Shown here in pieces: positions 1 through 15,130 of a DNA stretch of 64,000 bases (position 1 is its first letter; each line of letters starts with the position of its first letter). Below the pieces are notes generated by a model, which was not told the origin of the DNA, searched no databases, and was given only the letters and a program-made list of their open reading frames with translations. The DNA is from the human T2T-CHM13v2.0 reference genome, Homo sapiens, in the NCBI RefSeq assembly GCF_009914755.1, contig NC_060947.1; one strand, given 5' to 3'. The translations under genes were made by a program, and so were the position numbers.

Positions 1-632
1 CCTCCCCCAACTCTGGCCCTGAACTTCATGAAACTTGCTCCTCTTCAGTGAGGATCAGAAAACTGAGTTACAAAAACAGAAAGCAACAGAATTTTTTAAA
101 TGGACATGAAAATGTTCTTAATGAAGTGCCAATTAAGCCCAACAGGTTTTTTTGGACTTGCACTTCAAACCTGGGGAGTTGGAATGAATTCCTTTTCTTC
201 TTTTCTCCTCCTCCTCTTCTTTTTCTTACTTTTTCATAGCACCATCATCCTTGCCTTTATGTGAAGAGACAATATGCATTTTTAGGAAGACCCAGCAGGG
301 AGCAGGCATTTTTATTCCAAAGAGATACCGCAGATAAAAAGAGTTGGAGAGAGGGTCAGCCATGGTTTGACATTTGTCATTTTCTAACACTGATGGGCAA
401 TGTCTGCGGAACTGCTGCTGTTACTGCTGCTACAACAATAACGCATTCAAATGAGGAAGGAAACTATGAAACCTGGATAGACATTCCAAGAGTGTAGCTG
501 AATCCAAGCTGTACACCAGCACGAGGGAGTTGGCTTTTCCCATGTCCCTGTCTACTAATATATGCAAGCTTTTCTCACCCAGTCTGACTTTCGATGATAA
601 TTCTATCCAACATTTTCTTAATAATTCTCAGA

Positions 633-772
633 GGGCCTGGCGCGGTGGCTCATGCCTGTAATCCCAGCACTTTGGGAGTCCAAGGCGGGCGGATCACAAG
701 GTCAGGAGTTCAAGACCAGCCTGACCAATATGGTGAAACCTCGTCTCTACTAAAAATACGAAATTTAGCCAG
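633..772 (+). mobile_element. Alu left monomer (AluS-type, truncated)
   Basis: ggcgcggtggctcatgcctgtaatcccagcactttggga...tctactaaaaatacgaaatttagcc; right arm absent. Confidence 0.9.
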
Positions 773-796
773 CTTACCAGGACAGTGAAAGCTCTC

Positions 797-1121
797 ACTT
801 TTCTTCTTTTTCTTCTTTTTTATAGAGACAGGGTCTCATTCTGTCACCCAGACTGTAATGCAGTGGTGTGATCACAGTTCACAGCAACCTCAGCCTCCCA
901 GGCTCAAGCGACCCTCCCACCTCAGTCTCCCTCCCAAGTACCTGTGACCACAGGTGGGCACCACCACACCGGGCTTTTTTTTTTTTTTTTTTTTTTGACT
1001 TTTAGTAGAGGCAGGGTCTCACTAAGTTTCCCAGGCTGGTCTTGAACTCCTGAGCTCAATCGATCCTCCTGCCTCAGTCTCCCAAAGTGTGGGATCGCAG
1101 GCACGAACCACTGCACCTGGC
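797..1121 (-). mobile_element. AluJ
   Basis: antisense Alu dimer with J-type ggctcaagcga/cctcccacctcag. Confidence 0.9.
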
Positions 1122-1528
1122 CATCATTTTTTTTACTTGCTTTCTTCTTACGTGCCTAAAGTTTCCTGTCTTTTACCTGCATCATATCTCAACTCACTTA
1201 AACAAAAGTCTTCTTTCTTCTTGTGTAATTCTCAAACATTTACCAAAGCAGCTGCTCTCTACATCTGTCATCTCGGGACTTTCAAGCGAGTGCGGGTAAT
1301 GGGTGATGACTAGAACACAGTGCTGAGTTATCAAAGCCTGCGCAGGATGCTCAGAAGCTAGAAGAGCTGGAAGAGTGAATGCAATCAAGTTCTGGAGGGA
1401 GAGCTGAGGATCAATAATGAGAAGTGACTGTATGTACACAGCATCATGGAATGGAACTGGTGACATTACCAGCTACAGAGCCAAGAATGCAGAACCAAGT
1501 GGAAATTGGGTAAATGTAGAACTTGATT

Positions 1529-1845
<317 letters not shown>

Positions 1846-2060
1846 CTACACATCCTGTTGGGGGCGTGGCCCATCTTTACTAGTCAGAAGAAGCTGGGTG
1901 CCTGGCTGTCAGACTGCTTAAAGGTAACTGATTGAGGTGGTTCTCTACTCTGAGCTGATTCCTGTTAGTTGTTGCACTGTGAAGGCCCAATACTGGCTTG
2001 ACTCCTTTGATGTTTCCTTAAGGCTGGTATAAGAGGTTGCTGCTAGACCCTAGATAATAG

Positions 2061-2377
<317 letters not shown>

Positions 2378-2399
2378 CTTAATAATAGCTATTCTTTAT

Positions 2400-2640
2400 T
2401 GAACTCTTGTCAGCTATACACTTCCCTAAAAATATTATGTATCCCCTTTTGAACACTTGCCATGCATTATTTAATCTTTGTGACTTCCCCCTGAGTAAGT
2501 TCTAAAGTGGTCCCCATTTCACAGAGGAGGAAACTGAGGATCAGGGAGACTAAATCCCTAGCCATAGGCACCCAGATGGTCAGTGGCAGGGCTGAGAGTT
2601 GTGCCCAGTTCTGATATTAAAGCCTGTACTCTGACCATCA
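2400..2640 (-). mobile_element. MIR
   Basis: cccatttcacagaggaggaaactgagg core. Confidence 0.75.
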
Positions 2641-2724
2641 GCTTTCCAACACTATTTGCATCCCAGTAAGACCCTGTTTCATTTGAGGCAATCAGCAGTT
2701 GTCATGGCCTAGACCAATGAACTA

Positions 2725-3070
<346 letters not shown>

Positions 3071-3609
3071 ATTAGGTGAAATTTACCCGTTTCCCTCTGT
3101 GGGGCCTAAAATTTACCATTTCGAAGTGAACAATTGAGGAGTGTTTTGTGCATTCACAATGTTGTACAACTGCTACCTCTAATTAGTTCCAAAACATTTC
3201 CATCACCCTAAACAAAAATGTGGTTCCCATTAAACAATAACTCCCCATTTCCTTCTCTTACCAACCCTTGGTAACCTCTAATCTACTTTCTATGTCTATC
3301 AATTTGCCTATTCTAGGCGTTTCATAATAGTGAAGTCATACAATATTGACCTTTTGTGTCTGGCTTCTTTCATTTAGCATAATGTTTTGGGGTTCATCCA
3401 AGTTGTAGCATGAATCAATACTTTATTCTTTTTTATAGCTGAATAATATTCCATTGTATGGATGGAAATACCATACTTTATTTACCCAGTCATCCATTGA
3501 TGGACATTTGGGCTATTTTCCACCTTTTGATTATTGTGAATAAAGCTGCTGTGAACATTTGTGCATGTGTATTGTTTGAGTATCAATTTTCAATTATTTG
3601 TAGTATTAG

Positions 3610-4550
<941 letters not shown>

Positions 4551-6363
4551 TGACACACTTTCTTTCTCATGGATTGTGTCTGGGTGTTATAAGTGAAAGT
4601 TCTATCCTGTTTCCCTCTGTGGGGCAGTCATTGAGTAGTCTGTCAGTAGCAAATGTTGGAGGTTGGCATGATGTGAAATTATTGGGCTGTGAGTCCTATG
4701 GCTTCCAATTCAGTTCTAACTCTGCCACTTACCACTTTCTTGTCCCCAATTTTCTCATCTCTGGTATTTGAACTCTGGAAGTTCTGTCCAGCTCTGACAC
4801 TCAATTTTTGCACTAGACATGATCCTGGCCCTCAAAAGGCTTACAATTTTACTGGGCAGCCAAGACATGCCCCACCAAGAGACAATTGATGGTCCACAAC
4901 AGCATGTGTGCAACACCAGTAAATTAATCTTACAGGTGTTTGGAAAAAGGAGTTTTTCTTTGAGTCTACCTTCTCCATACAACATGAGGAAGCCTTTTCG
5001 ATGATTTTCGAATTCCTTACTGTAACAGCTGCTGCTACACCAGTAATTTAGACGTCTTGGGCACTGCTCAGTTGGTGATATTAGCCATAGGGACCGAAGG
5101 CAGTAGTGAAAACAGAAATGTTATAAAGGTTGAATTGCGGAGCTGTCAGCAATGCCCAATTTTGGCTGCACAAAGCTAACTGTTTGCTAGGGGTTAAGGA
5201 GCAGCTGTCCTAGGTCCTCCCCCAACCTGGGGAATGGCTGCTTCCCTAAACTGAGAGAGCAGCAGCAAAAGCTTTGACCCCACTCTGCACCCGTGAAGAA
5301 ACACTGCTGTACCACCTGCCTTGCAGGCCCTCTGTTCATTCCGTGAAAGCATACTACACTGCAAACTGCAGCAGCCCCTCTGTGCACTGTGTACTGCCAC
5401 ATCCCCTCCTTGAATTCCATTCTAAATGTTACTTGACAATTGGATAAAATCACATTTCAAAGAATGCACCGGACAACATGCAGCAGGGACCCATTAAAAC
5501 ATTTCTTTGGTAGATACAAAAATATACTCATTTTCCCAGATTTAAATACTTCTCAGCTCTCTCCAAAGGACTGCATAACAGATGGTTTCAAAGCGAGTCA
5601 CATTTACAAACAGCAGACAAAAATATGATTTAACAGATTCTCTAAGAGTTCTTCTGAGCCTTCCAGAACCAGTCTTTTTCCATGAACTCTTTTATTTCTA
5701 ATTTGTGGATTCCTAACTAAAACATCTTTCTACTTGCTAGCAACCTCTCTGTGTATTTCCTAGCTTGGGGAACATAAGAGTTGAAAGAAGTTCTAGAGCT
5801 ATGGAGCTGGCTCTTGTGTTATTTTAGAAAATGCTACCTTGGCCTGAAAAATAGGAATCATTTAGCCCACCATGAACACTAGCCAAAAAACTGGGGGTGG
5901 GAGGTGGGAAGGAGGAGAGAAGAAGGAGGGAGGAATAAACTGATATAGGAATTGTCACAGGAGTTATGAATCATGTACACAGCCATTTAGTAAGACAAAT
6001 GATGTTTCAGTTAAAGTCATCAAAACCAGAATCAACTCCTGGACAACACCTTGCTTTTGAAGTTTTGAAAAAAAGTCACGTCACAAGCATATACTATGAT
6101 TAGGGAAAAAAACCCAGCCCTGGCCTGTACTGCAAGAGCATCCACTATTTGTGGAGACCTAAACATTAATTCACAAGGCAGGCAGTGTGTGTTAGATTCA
6201 GATAGCCAGTGGTCCTCATGGTCAGAGGAGGGGTGAGGTCATTGGGCTTTCTGTGGATGGGCTCAGGCAAGGGGAGTTATTCATACCAGAGAGGCCTCGA
6301 AGGGGTAGGAAGAGGGCTGAGGGCATACCAGATAAATAGAATGCCTTGAATAAAGGTCTAGAG

Positions 6364-6562
6364 CAAGTTTGTCCAATTCGCAGCCCACGGAGGCTTTGCG
6401 GCCCAACACAAATTCATAAACTTTCTTAAAACATTATGCGATTTTTTTTGAAAAAACTTTTAAGTGCATCAGCTACCGTTAGTGTTAGTGTATTTTATGC
6501 ATGGTCGAAGACAATTCTTCTTCCAATATGGCCCAGAGAAGCAAAAAGATTGAACATTCCTG
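6364..6562 (-). mobile_element. MER30 (hAT-Charlie DNA transposon)
   Basis: gcggcccaacacaaattcataaactttcttaaaacattatg...gttagtgttagtgtattttatg; 8-bp TSD gtctagag/gcctagag. Confidence 0.85.
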
Positions 6563-7095
6563 GCCTAGAGGATGAGGAACATTTGAGGATGGGCAGAGAG
6601 AGGAGACTGGGAGACACTTTAGCTTGGAGGAAGAGTGGACACAGAGGGAGTGAGAGGAGGAAGTGAGCAGAACCTAGGGGTTGGCAGCGTAGAACCCTGT
6701 GTGGTTGGAAGGAAAGCAGGCTTGATGATGTGTGACCAGTTGGGTTATATTCTTACTGTGCCAATGAAGACTACGTTCTTTCTCTTACGGTTAGCTTTAT
6801 CTGGAAAACTAACTGTATTTACACCATCTTTAACACATGTATTGACAGGGAGAAGAAGGAGAAACCTGAGCAAAGCAACAATATATCTAGGCCTGTTTCA
6901 GATTAATAGCACAATTGTGGGTTGTCAGAGGGAAGCCATCCACAAGGAGTTGGTGCATTTTCATCTCTTACAGTGAAATTCTCCTGTTTATTCCTCCCAC
7001 TCATGTTCTAGAATTTTATTTATAACACTTTTTGGCCTGCTCTTTAAAGTGTGTGTGTGCCTCTGTGTGTGAGACTGACTGAGAAACTCAAGTAC

Positions 7096-7876
7096 TCTAT
7101 TGGGCTTTGAGCTTCTGGAAAACAGGCCCCACAGACATTCCAAGTATTCTAATCATGATCCATTATGCATAAAGAGAAGCAATAGAGACAGAGACGGTGG
7201 CCCACTGTTCTGGCTGCACCGTCTGGCATAGCTGCCTCCTGGGCTGAATATCATATGGACCAGCCTCAGCTTCCTCTCTGGCCCTAGCGAGGCTACCTGG
7301 CCCTCAGGGCCATGGAGCTTTCTGGGAGCTGTCTCACTGCACTGCAAGGGGCTTCAGGGAGTTGCCAGATCCAGTCTTATGCTGCCAGGCAGGTCCAGGA
7401 CAAGACACCTCAAACAGGTGGCTAGAGGTTCCTAGAGAGGGAGAGGCTACCAGCCCTGCTGGGAACTTGGCCTGGGGTTCACCCAGCCTGACAGGCAGGA
7501 AGGGCTCCCCCAGCTTCCACGGGGTTTGCCGGGGGAGGGTGGGCCTCCTCACCCTTGTGTGTGGCCTGGAGTTCGTGGCAGCAAGCTGCAGAGGGACTCG
7601 CCCACATTAGGCCAAAGTGAGCCCAGGTGTCTTGCCTGGACAGGGCTGCTGTTTCAGTGCCAATTCAAGCCTGGGTAACCACTGCCCTTTCAATGGGGTG
7701 AAGCTTAGTGACTGAAGAGTCTTCCTATTGCAGTTTAGGACCGTGGGCTCTTCCACTGGCCCACAGGAGATAAGGAGCAGCTCAGTACTCTGCCTGGGGC
7801 TCGACAGATGGAGGATAGGCTGGATAAACTGAGATTGGCCCTCAGTTCTCTCCTAGTCTGGGTTTTCTCATTAACT
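7096..7876 (+). repeat. Arm A of non-TE inverted duplication (partner 29597-30193)
   Basis: manual alignment to the reverse complement of 29597-30193; 7096-7189 is identical. Confidence 0.95.
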
Positions 7877-7884
7877 GAAAGGGG

Positions 7885-8430
<546 letters not shown>

Positions 8431-8800
8431 TAGCTTACGCCACTTTTTTTTTTTTTACCCTAATGGGTCATACAGATTTTTTTTTGAAAAAACATGCAGG
8501 GACTATCTCAATTTCTGTTGATCTAAACATTGCTTTAAATAAACGTGCCACTGCCTAGAGGTTTAGACAGCATTTTGCTATAGGGAAATGGGGCTGTGAT
8601 GAGAAGTCTTACAGCAGGATCTCACTGGTATATTCAGAACTTTTCATGCCTTTGGTGTTTTCTTCAGGGCCCTCTTCGAATTTCTTTTCACCACCTCACA
8701 GAAGGGCTCCAGATTGGACTCAGAACACTGGGTAAGTTTTCATCACTGCCAAGCCAAGTGGAAGAATGCCTTCTTGTTTTTGCAGATTATTGTTTTTGAA

Positions 8801-8844
8801 CAAATACAAAATGTTCATTTAACATAATGAACATTTTGTATTTG
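8801..8844. repeat. Perfect 19-bp inverted repeat with 6-nt loop
   Basis: caaatacaaaatgttcatt-taacat-aatgaacattttgtatttg. Confidence 0.95.
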
Positions 8845-8859
8845 AAAATAATCAATATC

Positions 8860-9715
8860 TCAGCCTGGGCAACATGGCGAATCCCCTTTTCTCAACAAAA
8901 ATCAGATGACCTGTAGTCCTGTTACCGGTGGAGGGTGTCCAGGTTCTTGGCGTTTTGAACAAAGAAGTGGAGAGAATGCACAAACAAAGCAAGAAAAGAA
9001 TGAAGCAACAAAAGCAGAGATTGATTGAAAATGAAAGTACACTCCACAGGGTGGGAGCAGGCCAGAGCAGCTGCTTAAGGGCCCCAGATACAGAATCTTC
9101 TCGGGTACAAATACCCCCTAGAGGTTTCCCATTGGCCACCTGGTGTTCACTCCATGTAAATGAAGTGGTGGCCTGCAATCATTCTGATTGGCTGCTTTCT
9201 ACATTCTGCTTTCTGCTGAAGTGAAGTTACAAAGGACACACTCCTATGCAAACATCTGATTGGTTGCAGGAAGCAACCAATCAGAGGCTAAAGTGAAGTT
9301 ACAACGTTGCACTTCTATGCAAATGAATTCTTGGCCTGCAATCAGTGTGATTGGTTGGATACAGCAATCAATCAGAGGCTGAAGTGAAGTTACAAAGTTT
9401 CTTTCAATTTCCCATCTGCCAGTGCAGAAAAGGCGGGGCTTTGCAAAGAGAGTAGCCTCTGGTCCTTTTGTTACTCAGGAGTGGATAGTTAGGGTTTTCC
9501 TTTCTAACTAAATTGTTCTAGGAAGTCAGTGTGAAACGGCCTTAGGTTCTCTGCCTCCAGACCCTAATCTCCTGCCTCAGTCTCAGGCTACAGGCTGGAG
9601 GCAGAAGTGGGAGGATTGCTTGAGCTCAGGAGGTTGAGGCTGCAGTGAACCGACATCATGTCACCGCACTCTAGCCTGGGTAAGAGTGAGACCCTGTCTC
9701 AAAAAAGAATAAAAA
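8860..9715 (+). mobile_element. AluJ split by an LTR insertion
   Basis: cagcctgggcaacatgg...cctgtagtcc, then the LTR, then ggaggcagaagtgggaggattgcttgagctc...gagaccctgtctc. Confidence 0.85.
8920..9579 (-). mobile_element. MER51A solo LTR (ERV1)
   Basis: reverse strand begins tgaggcaggagattagggtctggaggcagagaacctaaggccgtttcac; TG...CA termini; 4-bp TSD gtcc/gtct; repeated CCAAT units. Confidence 0.87.
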
Positions 9716-9854
9716 TAATGAATATTGTCATTTAACTTAAAAAAATTATATTGGAATAATGATATGTGAAGTTGTATTAAGTGAGATAATATAGGTAAAG
9801 TGCCCGACATGGAATAGGTATACAATAATTAGAAGCGTATGTATAGATATAAAA

Positions 9855-10163
9855 TTTTTTTTTTTTTTTTTGTGACAGGGTCTTGCTCTGTCACCCAGCA
9901 GGCTGGAGTGCAGTGGCACAATCTCAGCTCACTGCAGCCTTGATTTCCCAGGCTCAAACAATCCTTCCGCCTCAGCCTTCTGAGTAGCTGAGACTACAGA
10001 AGCACACCACCACACCCAGCTATTTATTTTTATTTTTGTTTTTAGTAGAGATGATGTCTCGCTATGTTGCCCAAGCTGGTCTGGAACTTGTGAGCTCAAG
10101 CAATCCTCCCACCTCAGCCTCCTAAAGTGCTGGGATTACAGGCATGAGCCACCATACCTAGCC
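9855..10163 (-). mobile_element. AluJ
   Basis: antisense dimer. Confidence 0.9.
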
Positions 10164-11263
10164 TAGCAGCTGCTATTATTATGAGTACTTCTATTATTAT
10201 ATTAAAGCAGAAGATGATGGGGGAGGACGCTCAAGAGGAAAGCTTTATCCTTCCTCCCCTTGACTGGAATGCTGAGCTCCAAATGGATATACATTACATC
10301 AAAGGCCTGTTCAGTCATCTTGGCGAGATTTTGAAATTCCCCCATCTGAAGTCAATGAAGTCCCCATATTTGTCAACTTGATCCTTGAGCCTGAGACCAG
10401 AGAGAAAGAGAAAGTGACTGGCCAGTCTAAAGTTCTTTGTAATTGCTCCAGACAAAAGGTTAATGAGGAAGTGGAGAGGCCCTTCCCTGGAGGACACAAA
10501 GGCCGGGCCCTCCCCTCAAGGAACTTAGACTCTCCCCTAGGCTCACTCCCCTCCCTATTATACCCACTTGTAAGTTGTTTTGTAAGTGTCCTTAAGGCTT
10601 TTCTCAAGAGAGCCGCTTGGAGATCGCTAATTAGGCCTGTAAACTCATGGGAGACAAGGGCCCCTGGCTTTGATTTCTTTTGTTTCCCTCTCGCTCTCAC
10701 AGAGACTAGCACAGGGCAGGGCCTCAACAGAAGTTGCTGGCTGACCTTGGAGACATGGTCAACAGGCTAGTTAGAAGCTCCAGCTTAAGTTGTATTAAGT
10801 GGCATTCACTGATGACTGTGGCTGGCTGGTTGGCTGGCTGGCTGGTGCAGACAGAGCCAAAGAAACCGGAATCCAAGGCTGCCAAGGGCAGTTCAGGAGG
10901 GAAAGCCAGGCAGTGAGGAGATGGGGGTTTGGGGGAGGTGGCACCGGGGGTGGCTCAGTCATCTCCACCAGTAGATTACATGTAATTGCCTCTACAGCAT
11001 GTGCTCAGATTACCTTCTGTGCAATTGACAGCAAACTGCCTGTTAAGAGTGATGGGAGCCAAAGGGAGTGAGGGTGAAGCAGATGGAGGGTGGGTGTATA
11101 TTTTGAAAAACTCGACCTTTTAAAATGCATGTAATACTGTAAACACCTTTTGATTACTGCTCCTACCGCCACAGCAGAGGCACTGACTCTATGGGGTTTT
11201 ATATGATATTTGCCTCTGTTGGCTAGGGATTCATTTCCCAGGTTAGCCAAAGCACAACTGTCG

Positions 11264-11673
<410 letters not shown>

Positions 11674-11819
11674 CTATGTGACTTAGGGACTGTCATATCC
11701 CGCTTAGGATCACTTACCTCCCTACATAGAATCCTAAGGATGGAAAGACATCTAACCAACTGAATATGACCATAGCAGGTGCCCAACCAAATCTGAGAGT
11801 GGGAAAACAACATTGCTGA

Positions 11820-12015
11820 GGTCTGTTGGGGGAAGAGGAAACAGATTTAATCCGTGTGGTTCCTAAAGGCGGAGCTGGGAACAAAGGGGAGAAGGTCCAA
11901 GGAGGCGGATTTCACCTCTATCTAAGAAAGAGCTTTCGAACCCATTAGAGCCGTTACAATTTAAATAGGCTGCCTGCTAAGGTAATGAGTTCTCCAAGCA
12001 GGGAATTGTTTAAGT
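11820..12015 (+). mobile_element. L3/CR1 3' fragment
   Basis: ggaggcggatttcacctctatctaagaaagagctttc...aggctgcctgctaaggtaatgagttctcc resembles the L3 3' end. Confidence 0.65.
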
Positions 12016-12934
12016 TTCTGATTTAGTCTCTCTAACCACATATCCTGCTTCTTTGCCAAAATTTGCGAAACCAAAGCCCCGACTGCTCATGATTCAAAGC
12101 GACTACATGTGAGACCCTGACATCCTAAGCTCAGTGGCTTTTGGCTCCAGGGCCACTGCCAGACCCTGCTCTCGTATGTGGATTTCTTTCTCTAGAAATC
12201 AAAGTAGGAGCCCCCAAGCTGGTCTCCTGCTTGGGGCGTGGCTCCCGTCCCAGCACTTCCTGGAGTAAGTTAAGATGTTCCTGCTTTGGCCCTCAGGGAA
12301 TTGGACACTCCAGGTGTTGGCCCTTCCTTCTGGTGTTGGACTTTCCGGGTGCCAGGCAGGCCCTGCATTCCATCTGTTCAGCAACTCTCCAAGGCAAGTC
12401 CATTCCTCTGCCCCAAGGAAGATCTGCCACCAAGCAAGCTTGGCAAGGAAATACAACATGTTTACAAAACTACAAACCATTTTTCACTAGCTTGCCAGTC
12501 CCCTAAAGGTACTGTAAGAGCAAAAGACATGAAATTAGCATTCTTGACCTGTGACCCCACACAAATCATCATTCCCTAGAAAGAGTGGCTATTCACAAAG
12601 CAGAATTCAGCCATTCCCTCCTGATTGACACAACCTGGACATGTGCGTTTAAAGAGGCAGATTTAGAGCTATCCTGTGTTCCATCTAAGCTTTAAATGTA
12701 TTCAGCCTTCAAATGAGTATTCATTACAAAGAAAGCGTTCAGGACTTTTGAATACTACTTTCAATAATAATACTTTACCTTGGGGGAGGGGAGGAGTAAT
12801 CTATTTACAATTTGCAAAGCCTTTTCAAGAACCTGGACCAAAATCAAAGCAGCAAGACTCAGCACACCCCTGGAACATAAGTGCTCAATGAATATTAAGA
12901 TTTCTTTCTTGTTCTAAGAAAAAAACAAGAATTT

Positions 12935-13270
12935 TTTTTCTTTCTTTCTCTTTCTTTCTTTCTTTTTTTTTGTTTGTTTTTGGAGACAGAGTCCCACTCT
13001 GTCACCCAGGCTGGAATGCAGTGGCACAATCATGGCTCACTGCAGCCTCGACCTCCCCAGGCTCAGGTGATCCTCCCACCTCAGCCTCCTGAGTGGCTGG
13101 GACTACAGGCGTGTACCACCACACCCAGCTAATTATTTTGTATTTTTTTGTAGAGGCAGGGTTTCTCCATGTTGCCCAAGCTGGTCTTGAACTCCTGGAC
13201 TCAAGCGACCTGCCCTAGCCTCAGCCCCCCAAAGTGCTAGGATTACAGCGTGAGCCACTGTGCTAGCTAA
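12935..13270 (-). mobile_element. AluJb
   Basis: antisense dimer. Confidence 0.9.
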
Positions 13271-13840
13271 GCCTGGCTAAATGTTAAGATTTCAACAGAA
13301 ATCTTAGATGGCACTGTCCCCTTGGAGTGTGGCCAGAGCAGGTATTGTTACCCACCTTCAGTTTACAGATGAAGAAACTGAGGCCTACAGATGTTCATGA
13401 CTTGTCCTCTCACCTTATCTGCTAATCTTGAGCTAAACAGAAAGCAGAAGCCATAAAAATGAACTGGCCTCCTGTGCTGTTCTGTGTAAGGAAGATCTGT
13501 TATGGGGGGTAAGGGAGGCTTCTCTCCAATACTTTCATATGGTTTTGCACACTGCCTGATCTCTAAAAAGCCACAGAGGTGTGACTGTCCTGGAGGTTTG
13601 GGGTCTGAATGTCTTCTTCCACCTCCAAATCTTAACCCAGAGGTGCAGGATCGGTCTTTATGATTTTAGTAACTCAAAAACCCAGATACTTTCTTGAGTC
13701 TGATGTTTTGTTAGATTTGAGAAAGACTTTATTATTATCAGGTTCTCTTTTGCTTTCAAAGTTTTTTAAAGTTTTTTTTTTTTGTTTTTTTTTTTTAAGA
13801 TTTCTCTTCCTCTTTCTCCTTCTCTTGTAAGAGAGGGAAA

Positions 13841-14480
<640 letters not shown>

Positions 14481-14919
14481 CCTTGATTGTTTATTTCCTC
14501 TCTTGCTGGCTCAGGGCCCATGTCAATTAGCTTCTATGATGGGGTACACAGGGCAGGGGCTGCCGCATGGATCCCCTTCCAGCTACCACCTCCCCTATGG
14601 CCCTTGAGGACTTGAAGGACTTCTTCATGTGTTCCTCTGAGAGTGGCAGGGCTGAGATGATCACCAGCTTAGCCCAACCATGCTCCAAGGCTGAGCCCTT
14701 TGAAGGAAAACTGGAGGATTGGTGGCTACAGTCACTTCTACTCTGCCTCGTATAACTAATGCACAAAGAGGGGAGAGTAATAGGACAACTGTCCTGGGGT
14801 GTAGCTGGAAATAGAGTCAAAGATGTGATTCAGTGGGGGAATTTACTGATGAAATCATTGCCAATGGGGGTGGCAGAGAGTATGTTTGAGGGCGAGGCAT
14901 TACCATCTGTTGAGGGCCT

Positions 14920-15130
14920 GCCAGGTGTTACTTGTTTGTTTCTAGGTGCTTTCTTATGCTATCTCATTTAATCCTCTTTAACAACCTTATGAGATAGAGT
15001 TACTATCCCCTATTGTAAAGAGGAAGAAACAGAGGCACCCTGAGAGGGGCAGGCACCAGCCCAAGGTCACGCAGCTGGTTTTCCAGGTACTCCTGTGTGT
15101 CTAACTTTAGTGCCCATGTTCTCTGGGCTT
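14920..15130 (-). mobile_element. MIR
   Basis: atctcatttaatcctc...gaggaagaaacagaggc...cccaaggtcacgcagctgg. Confidence 0.75.

Noticed and set aside
7334-7552. Similar peptides from ORFs 7334-7552(-) and 29835-30140(+) (PWxLGEPFLxVRLG...SCPGPAWQxKT) suggesting a duplicated gene
   Set aside because: The similarity simply follows from the DNA duplication. Frames and ends differ between copies, and I see no recognisable domain or clear exon structure.
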